Shown: piece by piece, positions 48,886 through 56,957 of the stretch
Position numbering within the stretch: the first letter of the stretch is position 1
Layout of the letters: each line of letters opens with the position of its first letter
IMG/VR virus record: IMGVR_UViG_3300032281_000616
Coordinates: 64,001-128,000 of that record
Source: a virus
Taxonomy: Duplodnaviria; Caudoviricetes
Length of the DNA stretch: 64,000 nt
Strand: one strand, 5' to 3'
Program-made: the position numbers and the translations under genes
The notes under the pieces: model-generated
The model's input: the letters and a program-made list of their open reading frames with translations, nothing else
The model's database searches: none
Told to the model about the DNA's origin: nothing

Positions 48886-51182
48886 ACAAGCTCACATGAG
48901 CCACCACTACAGGCTTGTGCTCCCATTGTATCAGCATTAATATGTGTTTCGTGATCCTCAACAACCTGAGTCCAATCTAATTCTACATATTCACGTTTAA
49001 GATCACACCACGTTTTCCATAATGATACATGCTTCATGCAATATGTTGCTCGTTTGATGTCACCGTCAAAATATCTATCACCGAATTGTTTAACTCTACG
49101 AATCCAATCAATTTTATTGTTATATTTCTCATATGCTTCTTTTCTAATGAAATACGAAGCTAAATCTGAATAATTTCTAGTAGATGGATAAATTGGTTCT
49201 CCGGGGCTAAGTGTTAAATTCTCACCATATCCCAATACAGTGTCACAAGCTCTCCATAAATTATTATTAAAAGCGGCAAGACCATCTACAATTAATCCTG
49301 ATGCAAATACAGACGCATCACCATACTCCTTAACAAGTTCTAATGGAGTTAATACCGTAGCGAATGGTGCTTGAGCATAGTCCAGATCACCCGAAGAGGA
49401 TAACAACGAAATACCAGCAAACCATTGCTGATTATCAAATATGAAATTCTCAACATCATCCCATTCATCTGATTTTACTGTAATGGTATTAGATACATTA
49501 TGTCTAGTTTTAGGATTGACACAACGCTCGACAACTGTTCCATAATCTACCCAATTTTGCTGAGTCAACTTAACCTTTTCTAAAAGATCCACAGCTTTTA
49601 GTTGGTTTTTTACAATAGCTCCCGGAGGAACTTCGCATAAAAATGAAATAACTTTATCTGTTTTGTTAGAAGACCATACAGATTCCTCGACAGCAGCAGG
49701 ATTTCTTTTTTCGGTTTCTTGTAAAGAAAATTCTGTCTTGTTTGCTTGGACTCTACGAATATATCTTTTAGCGTGATGTGGATGAATACCAGACGCAGTT
49801 CCAAGAACACAACTAGTGCTACCCGCAGGTTTAATGCACCCAGATCTAGCGCAAGGTTTAATACCGAGTAGTTTAGCGACCTTCTCATTTGTTTCTAGAA
49901 TGAACTTAACCCCAGCTTGTTGTATTTCTTCATTAAAAAGAATATCTGGATTGTCCATCATACCAGTAATGGAGCATCCGAGTAATGCTTCTTCTTCGAA
50001 AATTTCTTGCGATTCTTTAGAAAGATACTTGAAATTAGTATAACCAGCTTGGAGAGTTCCTATAATCGCTGATGCTTCACAAGCCTTTAAAAAGTTTTCT
50101 TTACTATCACACCATTTACCATTAATCTCAGTTAGATTACATCCTTGAAATCCACTACGACCATCTCTAGTTTTAGGATACATACCAATTTCAACACATG
50201 GGTTGTAACCAATATCTAAATCATCCATCCAAATAAATCCGGGTTCTCCGAATTCTTTTGTAGATTTCATTAGTTTAGCAAATTCTGCGCGAGTTACATG
50301 ACCCTTTAAAAGTGCAGCACTGTTATTGGAACGTCCACGTTGAGGATTAGTAATAAACCAATCACCAATCTTGGCGTTTAGCATTTCGTCATCATCGTGT
50401 GAAAATAAGCAAAGAGTAGCAGAACGTCGAACACCTCCTGATAAAACAGCATCAGAGATATGCATGATGATATCATAAGCATCAATGGGGCGAAGTTTTC
50501 CTACAAATTCTCCTGTTCCCGAATTGTGTAATCTCTCCTTTAATACTCGTTCTACTTTAATCAAAGATGCTTTTAATCCTTCTGGACCCGGAGCTTTAAA
50601 TTGTCCAGCAATCAACGCCCCCTCTTCTCTAATTTTTGAAAAATCGAAATCTATCCAAGCACCACTATATTCACTATTTGGAGTTTCTAAATAAGATTCG
50701 ATCAATACTCCTACAGCATCAGCCCAACCTTCGATAGAATCTTCAATAATATATTTTGTCTTTACAGCACCTTCTCTACGGTAATTAAATTTAGGTAATT
50801 GTGATACATGTTGCTTTTGAACCGAAAACCCGACTCCGCAACCACATAGGAGAGAATACATAATTTCTTGAAATACTCTACTTCTATCAATGTGTGTAAA
50901 TAGACAATTATAAACTTTCAATTCATGTTTAACAATAGGATCGCCAGCAAATTGTAGAGTTCTCTGTGCCGCCAACACCCTCTTTTTGTTTTGCATGGAT
51001 TGTGCGAATTGTAGTAATTCTTCCAATTCTGGATGTTCTTCTATTTGTTTCGCATATTTTTTCCTATGCATTTCAAAGACCCTACCCACTGCTTCTTCCC
51101 ATGTTTCTCTTCTTTTTTTGTCTTTGTTGTATCTCGCATAACGAGAATAAAATGTATAATCTGATAGTGCTTTAATGCTCAT
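48882..51182 (-). CDS. nrdJ: Class II (adenosylcobalamin-dependent) monomeric-type ribonucleotide reductase
   Basis: GGVRRSA, QRGRSNNS, NPCVEI, CNLTEIN, KPAGSTS..LG..SGIH, C-terminal CSGGSC; start MSIKALS at 51182. Confidence 0.92.
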   Translation of the reverse strand: MSIKALSDYTFYSRYARYNKDKKRRETWEEAVGRVFEMHRKKYAKQIEEHPELEELLQFAQSMQNKKRVLAAQRTLQFAGDPIVKHELKVYNCLFTHIDRSRVFQEIMYSLLCGCGVGFSVQKQHVSQLPKFNYRREGAVKTKYIIEDSIEGWADAVGVLIESYLETPNSEYSGAWIDFDFSKIREEGALIAGQFKAPGPEGLKASLIKVERVLKERLHNSGTGEFVGKLRPIDAYDIIMHISDAVLSGGVRRSATLCLFSHDDDEMLNAKIGDWFITNPQRGRSNNSAALLKGHVTRAEFAKLMKSTKEFGEPGFIWMDDLDIGYNPCVEIGMYPKTRDGRSGFQGCNLTEINGKWCDSKENFLKACEASAIIGTLQAGYTNFKYLSKESQEIFEEEALLGCSITGMMDNPDILFNEEIQQAGVKFILETNEKVAKLLGIKPCARSGCIKPAGSTSCVLGTASGIHPHHAKRYIRRVQANKTEFSLQETEKRNPAAVEESVWSSNKTDKVISFLCEVPPGAIVKNQLKAVDLLEKVKLTQQNWVDYGTVVERCVNPKTRHNVSNTITVKSDEWDDVENFIFDNQQWFAGISLLSSSGDLDYAQAPFATVLTPLELVKEYGDASVFASGLIVDGLAAFNNNLWRACDTVLGYGENLTLSPGEPIYPSTRNYSDLASYFIRKEAYEKYNNKIDWIRRVKQFGDRYFDGDIKRATYCMKHVSLWKTWCDLKREYVELDWTQVVEDHETHINADTMGAQACSGGSCELV

Positions 51183-51337
51183 AATTTTATATAAATGTTC
51201 GTGTAAACTTTGCTTGATTCTAAACCATCTTCCTCTCAAAGTCAACTCGTTTCGTTCGATTATTTAGTCTCCAAAATGGCTCAAATCAAGAGCGTAGAAA
51301 TATATCCGATATGATAAATAAAGGACTAAATAAGATT

Positions 51338-54307
51338 ATGATAGTTAAAAAGATACTAATGTTGTTAACCGAAAACAATGCATCTGATATCGTTTCTGGT
51401 AATATAGTTAAAAGAGTCAAGGATATATTCACGAATCTATATTATACCGATGATGTGACAGAAAAGAACGATATCGGTATGAATCAGACAGATAAAATCA
51501 ATTCGAGAACATATATTTTACCTTATTTTGATCAAGAAGACGATGCCGTAACTGTACAAATATTGTACAGAATGATGAGAATACTCAGAAATTATAAAAA
51601 CACACAAGTTAGAAATTATGACCAACTGGAGATATCTGTGAAAGATTTGTTGAAGGATAGAGTGAAGGAGGTTGAGTCTGAAACTAGGAAAATCATAATT
51701 GATCATACCAAGACATCATACGGAAAGGTTTTAGTTACTTATCCAGATGATATATCACCAAGATCTAATTTATCTAAACAAATAAAACAAGCCCAAAATA
51801 TATACTTTTCTCAAAATAATACACCGAAGGAATCAGATAATTACGGTAATTACGATTACCCAAGATTTAAATTTTTCAGTAAAAACAAAGAATCTTTAGG
51901 AGATAAACAATTCTATGTGAAATTAGAATTGGCTAAGTTGATAAATGCTTTAGTTTTTCCTAATGTAACAGTCGAAGAGATTGGAAATACAACATCGAGT
52001 GAAGAAAATCCTATAACAAATAACAAAGAAACTAAATCATCAGAATTATCAATCAAATTTGTAAAAACTATAAACACCCCATATGGTAAAAAGCATCAAA
52101 TAGAATTACCACAATCAAAATCTTATGGTGTGTATCAAGATGCTAAGTCTAGGGGATATACACCAAAATTGATGGCTTTCGATTTCAATACCAAAAATCA
52201 TTTAATATCCAGCAGCCCAAGTGAGTATAAAATACTCAAATCTTTATTTGATAAATACGGTTTAAACACATCTGAATTAGATTCATTATATTCCGATGTT
52301 GAAGAACCGATAAAAAATGAATCCGAAAAAGGATTAATATTTACGAATTTAGAGTCCGATAAAATTGGATTATCGTATGTAAGAAATCAACCAATTGAAT
52401 CGAAGGAATTTTTGAAAAATTTAATACAGTATATATTTTATGATTATTCTTGGAATTCTACATTATATCGATACGAAGTATCAGCGGATTATAAGCAGTT
52501 AATGATGTTTAAAGATATAATGGAAAGATTTGAATTTGATATAAAGGAATTAGAAAAAATAATAAAGGAAAAGATTAAGATTGGTGTAATAGATGATTCA
52601 GAAAAGGCTGAAGGAGAATTGAATCCCCAATTTAAAAATATTATAGATAATAAATTAAATGAGAATTATCCCAATAGTAAATTTGAACTATACGATTTAC
52701 AAAAAGAAGGTGTTAAATTTTTAACATCTAGAAAGTATGCTATTCTAGGCTCCGAAACAGGAGCCGGGAAAACTATACAATTTATATATGCTGCTGATTT
52801 ATTGACCAGAGAAAAGAAAGAAAATGTATTGATCGTCACTTTGAAAGCTGTTCAAAAACAAATAGTGCAAGAAATAATAGATGTTTTGGGAGAAGAGGCG
52901 AGATCAGAAATATCGACAGATCCAATGAACCCAAAACGATGGACGATTCTTAGATATCCCAATTTTTCAAGTGGAAATAATTTAGAAAATGTCATAGATA
53001 AATTATTATTTACAAAATTTAAAGTTCTTATTCTAGACGAATTGCACAGAGTCAAACACGAAAAACGAGGAAGTAAAGTAGTTATAACATCGGCAAACAT
53101 AGAAAAGATATCCAAAAATATACCCATAAGGTGGGGAGCTACAGCAACATTATCATCTAACGAACCTATAAATGTTAGAAATCAACTAAGATTATTGGGT
53201 CATCCATTGGGTAATATATCGATTGGAAAATTCAAAAAAGAATTTTGTGGTATGGTTCTTAAAGATATAAGACGAAAACCATCTAAAAAGGTTTATAACG
53301 ACGAGGATGATTTAGACAATGATTACGGACAAAATTATGGTGGCGCGACAAAGGCGTATGTGAACGGAACCATAGAGCAACAGTTGGAAGCAGCCGAAAA
53401 TTTACATCGGTGGTTATCCTTAACGGGTGTTTATATCAGACATAGTAAAAAGGATATGAGAGCGGCCAAAGGAGAAAAAATGCCTGATGCCAATATCGAA
53501 AAAAAATCAAATCCTATAAATAAAGACCTTTTAAAAATCATGGTAGACCACAAATTAAAATCGTACAAAGACGAAGATTTGGAAATATCTAAACTTATAG
53601 CATTTAGAGAGAGTATTGCTCAACTCAAGGTGCAGGATACCGTGAATGAAACAATCAAAATTATAACAGAAAACCAAAACGATTCAACACACAACTATGC
53701 AAAATCTAAAGTTCTAATATTTACAAATTTTGCTCAGTCAGGGAAGTCATTATATACACAATTATCGGAAAAATTGCAAAATATAAATCCAAAATGGAAA
53801 GTTTACACATATTTGAGCGGAACACCAAAAGATCAAATAATTAATGTTAAGAAAAATATGGAACATAAGGATTCGAAGGTTCTGATAATGAGTATGAAAA
53901 TGGGTGGGACTGGTATTTCATTTCCGAATACTTTTGCTAATATGTTAATCAATGATTTTGATTGGACCCCAGAATCGATAGAACAAAGTGAGGGTAGAAT
54001 TTTTAGAATCAATACTGTGCAAAATGTCAATATCAAGTATATGTTAGCTGATGGGAAAGATCAAGAACTTTTTGAAAAAGTGGAATTGAAGAAAAAGATA
54101 GCTGAAATTATTCAAACATATAGACAGAATTATTTGGAATCAGAAAATGGTGCAGAGTGGGTTTCTAAAATAGTTGATTTGCAGAAAGAATTGATAAAGA
54201 TAGATGATGATATCAATTCCATTACGGCTAGTGACGTAAGTGGAAATTTAGCTGAATCGTTTGAAGAATTCTTCAATATATACTCATCCATTAGAATACT
54301 TAAATAA
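51338..54307 (+). CDS. SNF2-family helicase-like ATPase with long N-terminal extension
   Basis: ETGAGKT, LDELH, ATAT, LIFTNF, GTGISF..DWTP..EQSEGRIFRI; TAAATA-N5-ATG. Confidence 0.88.
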   Translation: MIVKKILMLLTENNASDIVSGNIVKRVKDIFTNLYYTDDVTEKNDIGMNQTDKINSRTYILPYFDQEDDAVTVQILYRMMRILRNYKNTQVRNYDQLEISVKDLLKDRVKEVESETRKIIIDHTKTSYGKVLVTYPDDISPRSNLSKQIKQAQNIYFSQNNTPKESDNYGNYDYPRFKFFSKNKESLGDKQFYVKLELAKLINALVFPNVTVEEIGNTTSSEENPITNNKETKSSELSIKFVKTINTPYGKKHQIELPQSKSYGVYQDAKSRGYTPKLMAFDFNTKNHLISSSPSEYKILKSLFDKYGLNTSELDSLYSDVEEPIKNESEKGLIFTNLESDKIGLSYVRNQPIESKEFLKNLIQYIFYDYSWNSTLYRYEVSADYKQLMMFKDIMERFEFDIKELEKIIKEKIKIGVIDDSEKAEGELNPQFKNIIDNKLNENYPNSKFELYDLQKEGVKFLTSRKYAILGSETGAGKTIQFIYAADLLTREKKENVLIVTLKAVQKQIVQEIIDVLGEEARSEISTDPMNPKRWTILRYPNFSSGNNLENVIDKLLFTKFKVLILDELHRVKHEKRGSKVVITSANIEKISKNIPIRWGATATLSSNEPINVRNQLRLLGHPLGNISIGKFKKEFCGMVLKDIRRKPSKKVYNDEDDLDNDYGQNYGGATKAYVNGTIEQQLEAAENLHRWLSLTGVYIRHSKKDMRAAKGEKMPDANIEKKSNPINKDLLKIMVDHKLKSYKDEDLEISKLIAFRESIAQLKVQDTVNETIKIITENQNDSTHNYAKSKVLIFTNFAQSGKSLYTQLSEKLQNINPKWKVYTYLSGTPKDQIINVKKNMEHKDSKVLIMSMKMGGTGISFPNTFANMLINDFDWTPESIEQSEGRIFRINTVQNVNIKYMLADGKDQELFEKVELKKKIAEIIQTYRQNYLESENGAEWVSKIVDLQKELIKIDDDINSITASDVSGNLAESFEEFFNIYSSIRILK

Positions 54308-54311
54308 GATT

Positions 54312-54653
54312 ATGGACAAAGGTTTATTTGATGCGTATGAGAACATTCTAGAGGAATCTTGGGGTGGATTAGCAATGAATCGCCCACCTATTAAAGGGGG
54401 CGCACAGGCACCACAGGACGCTAAGAACACCCTATCTAGTGCTAGTTCTAAGATCGGTATAGAGCAGGGTAGTTTATTCAACCAATCTCAATCTAGTGGA
54501 CAGAATCCTTATGAGCAAGAAGAATCTGGAGCTATTGACAAACAAAGAGTATTTGATATAATTGATCATCTATCAAAGGATTTGGATTCATCTAAGATCA
54601 CCGATAGAACTGCTGTAATGGTTCTTGGTAAACTCAAAAAATTAATAAAATGA
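54312..54653 (+). CDS. hypothetical late protein
   Basis: TAAATA-N5-ATG at 54301-54314. Confidence 0.7.
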   Translation: MDKGLFDAYENILEESWGGLAMNRPPIKGGAQAPQDAKNTLSSASSKIGIEQGSLFNQSQSSGQNPYEQEESGAIDKQRVFDIIDHLSKDLDSSKITDRTAVMVLGKLKKLIK

Positions 54654-54922
54654 AACAGCGAGAGAAGAAATTTTCGAATTATTAAAAAATAACTTGAAAA
54701 ATAATAACCAAAAAACTAAATAACTTTACAACTAAATGCACTCCAATTACCAACCGATGTTTGAAGGGAAAGACAATCGCGCCGATTGTTGACGGAGGAA
54801 CTTTATTGATTAAACACTAGAATAAAGTATGGACCTCCTAAGCAAGGGGCATCTGATAACGCAGTTAGAAAAAGATGTTTAGGTTTTGGTATAGATCCGA
54901 AAAAAAGAATAAAAATTTAAAT

Positions 54923-54995
54923 CGCAGGTAGGTGGTCTGGTTGACCATTCCGGGTTCATATCCCGGAGAGGAGGATTCGATTTCCTCACCCGCAA
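54923..54995 (+). tRNA. tRNA-fMet (CAT), initiator type
   Basis: C1xA72 mismatch, GGG/CCC anticodon-stem pairs, TT-CAT-AT loop, TTCGA T-loop. Confidence 0.85.
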
Positions 54996-55001
54996 CATAA
55001 T

Positions 55002-55098
55002 GGGTACATAGGCTAATGCGCGAAAATGAAATAGAGCTAAGTGTATCACAGGTTGTGACGATAAGATTAGCTAGAGGTTCAACTCCTCCGTGTGCTCA
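55002..55098 (+). ncRNA. tRNA-like RNA with acceptor and T arm but a non-canonical core
   Basis: GGGTACA(T)/(G)TGTGCTC acceptor, GAGG-TTCAACT-CCTC T arm, GCTAAT/ATTAGC long internal helix. Confidence 0.5.
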
Positions 55099-55108
55099 CA
55101 ATTCAAAC

Positions 55109-55179
55109 TGGAATATCGTCTAATGGTAAGACAACGCTTTCATACGGCGAGAACGACAATTCGATTTTGTCTATTCCTA
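55109..55179 (+). tRNA. tRNA with CAT anticodon (Met or Ile2)
   Basis: GGAATA/TATTCC acceptor, GTCT/AGAC D stem, TT-CAT-AC loop, GACAA/TTGTC T stem. Confidence 0.75.
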
Positions 55180-55184
55180 CATAT

Positions 55185-55257
55185 GCGTGTTAACGATGGG
55201 ATTATGATTTGCTCGTAATGCGAATCATGAAGGTTTCGATTACCTTCAGCCGCACCA
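55185..55257 (+). ncRNA. D-armless tRNA-like RNA with 9 bp central stem and encoded CCA
   Basis: GCG(T)GTT/AGCCGC acceptor, ATGATTTGC-TCGTAAT-GCGAATCAT, GAAGGT-TTCGATT-ACCTTC, 3' ACCA. Confidence 0.55.
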
Positions 55258-55418
55258 TGAAATACATCAAAGCTATTGACTTTATTCAGTGGATATGGAA
55301 GAATACATTCAACACAGAGAAATCAAAATCACAAATTAAAAGAGATCTGGAACAAGGTTCTGTTAAATTGAATGATAGAAAAATTAAAGTGGATGATGTG
55401 TTTGAGTTTGAAGACTAA
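55257..55418 (+). CDS. S4-like RNA-binding mini-protein (53 aa)
   Basis: SKSQIKRDLEQGSVKLNDRKI..DD matches the S4 alpha-L motif. Confidence 0.7.
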   Translation: MKYIKAIDFIQWIWKNTFNTEKSKSQIKRDLEQGSVKLNDRKIKVDDVFEFED

Positions 55419-55419
55419 T

Positions 55420-55508
55420 GTGCGGGCGGCAACGATGGTGGTGTTGCATTGGTCTGTAAAACCAATCCCTACGGGTAAACAATGTGGATTCGAATTCCAC
55501 CCTTCACA
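55420..55508 (+). tRNA. tRNA-Tyr (GTA)
   Basis: TTGGT-CTGTAAA-ACCAA anticodon arm, variable arm, GTGGA-TTCGAAT-TCCAC T arm. Confidence 0.9.
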
Positions 55509-55590
55509 CCGATGTTGGATAGCACCCAACTGATTTGGATAACAAAAGCGTGATAAGTCCAAAGAGAACCAAAAATAAAACGCGCACAAA

Positions 55591-55662
55591 TCCCATGTAG
55601 CACAACAGCAGTGCGTTCGACTGTTAATCGAAAGGTTGTAGGGGCAGAACCTACCTTGGGAG
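55591..55662 (+). tRNA. tRNA-Asn (GTT)
   Basis: TCCCATG/CTTGGGA acceptor, TTCGA-CTGTTAA-TCGAA, G73. Confidence 0.88.
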
Positions 55663-55749
55663 CGAGGTTGATGTATAATTCTAACGACGACGAAGTATGA
55701 AAAAACTGTTGAATTGGCTGTGATCCGAGGCGATATGATCGGATAATAA

Positions 55750-55844
55750 CTAGGTGTTGCGATAGCTTGGTAATCGGGCCGACTTGGAATCGGTTGTGGG
55801 CAGAAAGAGTCTGTCTATCGGGGGTTCGAATCCCTCCACCTAGA
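55750..55844 (+). tRNA. tRNA with TGG (Pro) anticodon and a class II long variable arm
   Basis: Perfect CTAGGTG/CACCTAG acceptor, GCCGA-CTTGGAA-TCGGT, 25 nt variable region with an 8 bp stem, GGGGG-TTCGAAT-CCCTC T arm. Confidence 0.85.
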
Positions 55845-55845
55845 C

Positions 55846-55920
55846 GGGTGTGTAATTCAATGGTAGAATAACTCCCTTTTAAGGAGTAAGCTACAGGTTC
55901 GAGTCCTGTCACACTCACCA
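55846..55920 (+). tRNA. tRNA-Lys (TTT), CCA encoded
   Basis: GGGTGTG/CACACTC, ACTCC-CTTTTAA-GGAGT, ACAGG-TTCGAGT-CCTGT. Confidence 0.93.
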
Positions 55921-55925
55921 ATTTA

Positions 55926-56001
55926 TCCGAGTATAGCTTTAATGTAGAAGCCTCCGACTGTGAATCGGACTGTTCTGGTTCAAGTCCAGATGCGCGGACC
56001 A
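55926..56001 (+). tRNA. tRNA-His (GTG), CCA encoded, U-1:A73
   Basis: TCCGA-CTGTGAA-TCGGA anticodon arm, TCTGG-TTCAAGT-CCAGA T arm. Confidence 0.88.
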
Positions 56002-56012
56002 TAAATAAGTAT

Positions 56013-56675
56013 ATGACTTGCGATACCGTAGTAATCAGTGATATTCATCTAGGTAGTCCTGTGTGTAATAGAGAAAAAGTGTTGAAGGTTCTTTCTTTAG
56101 ACTTTAAAAGACTTATTATAAATGGTGATTTATTCGATAATTATTCATTTAAAAGATTTAATAAAAAAGACTGGGATATTCTAAGTAAACTTAGAAAATT
56201 AAGTAAAACACATAATATCATCTTTATCCATGGCAACCATGATTCGAATGGAGAATTTATGAGTGCTATTATGGGTATGGAATTTGTCGAATACTACGAA
56301 TTTGAACTCAACAATTCTAAATTCTTTTTGGAACATGGTGATAAATATGATCATTGGATCAAACATAAACCATTTATTACATGGTTCTTTACTGGGATAT
56401 ATTACTGGTTACAGAGAATCGATAAATCACATCGAATTTCCAGACTGACAAAAAAATTAAGCAAATCTTGGATTCAAGCTAAGGATATTGTTAGAACTAA
56501 GTTTGTAGAAAAGCGTGGTAAAAAATATGATGTCTTAATGGCAGGTCACACACACCATGCTGAAATCGTTGATTGTGGTGCCTGTGTTTATGTAAACAGT
56601 GGATCTTTCTGTGAAGTAAAATGTTCGTATATTAAAATTTATGAACATGGAAACTTTGAATTAATTTTCATGTGA
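56013..56675 (+). CDS. Metallophosphoesterase (LpxH/UDP-2,3-diacylglucosamine hydrolase-like)
   Basis: SDIHLG, NGDLFD, GNHD, EHGDKYD, GHTH motifs; TAAATA-N5-ATG. Confidence 0.85.
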   Translation: MTCDTVVISDIHLGSPVCNREKVLKVLSLDFKRLIINGDLFDNYSFKRFNKKDWDILSKLRKLSKTHNIIFIHGNHDSNGEFMSAIMGMEFVEYYEFELNNSKFFLEHGDKYDHWIKHKPFITWFFTGIYYWLQRIDKSHRISRLTKKLSKSWIQAKDIVRTKFVEKRGKKYDVLMAGHTHHAEIVDCGACVYVNSGSFCEVKCSYIKIYEHGNFELIFM

Positions 56676-56686
56676 TATTAAATAAC

Positions 56687-56714
56687 TTGACTTTATAAAA
56701 CACTAAGGTATGAT
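56687..56714 (+). promoter_or_regulatory. sigma70-type promoter TTGACT-N16-TATGAT
   Basis: Predicted +1 coincides with the ATG at 56721. Confidence 0.65.
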
Positions 56715-56720
56715 TATCGT

Positions 56721-56957
56721 ATGTCATCTGAACTGACCCAACACATCGAAGCTATGGGATTAATCTTCACTGAAATGGAGAGACGTAGAAAAGAAGACCC
56801 TGATGATTTCAAAGATCTCTTAGATCAAGCTGATGGTAATTTCGGAATAGCCTATGCCTTTTTATTTTTGTTGGTTGAGGATAATCTCAGGGATCGAATG
56901 ATAATAAAAAGACACGCGAAAAAACCACAACTATTAGAATGTATTTATGGAAATTGA
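56721..56957 (+). CDS. hypothetical protein
   Basis: 78 aa ORF. Confidence 0.65.
   Translation: MSSELTQHIEAMGLIFTEMERRRKEDPDDFKDLLDQADGNFGIAYAFLFLLVEDNLRDRMIIKRHAKKPQLLECIYGN

Noticed and set aside
54735-54900. Hairpins upstream of the tRNA array (ACAATCG/CGATTGT, CATCT/AGATG)
   Set aside because: Isolated short stems with no recognisable RNA family; could be leader or processing structure or chance.
55002-55257. tmRNA or Y-RNA assignment for the tRNA-like elements
   Set aside because: There is no G3-U70 Ala determinant, tag ORF or tmRNA length, and no Ro60/SmpB gene in view. Left as unclassified tRNA-like RNAs.
55469-56002. 177 aa minus-strand ORF
   Set aside because: It is the antisense read-through of five tRNA genes (typical MVRASGLEP.../LVSVTGLEP shadow translation), not a protein.
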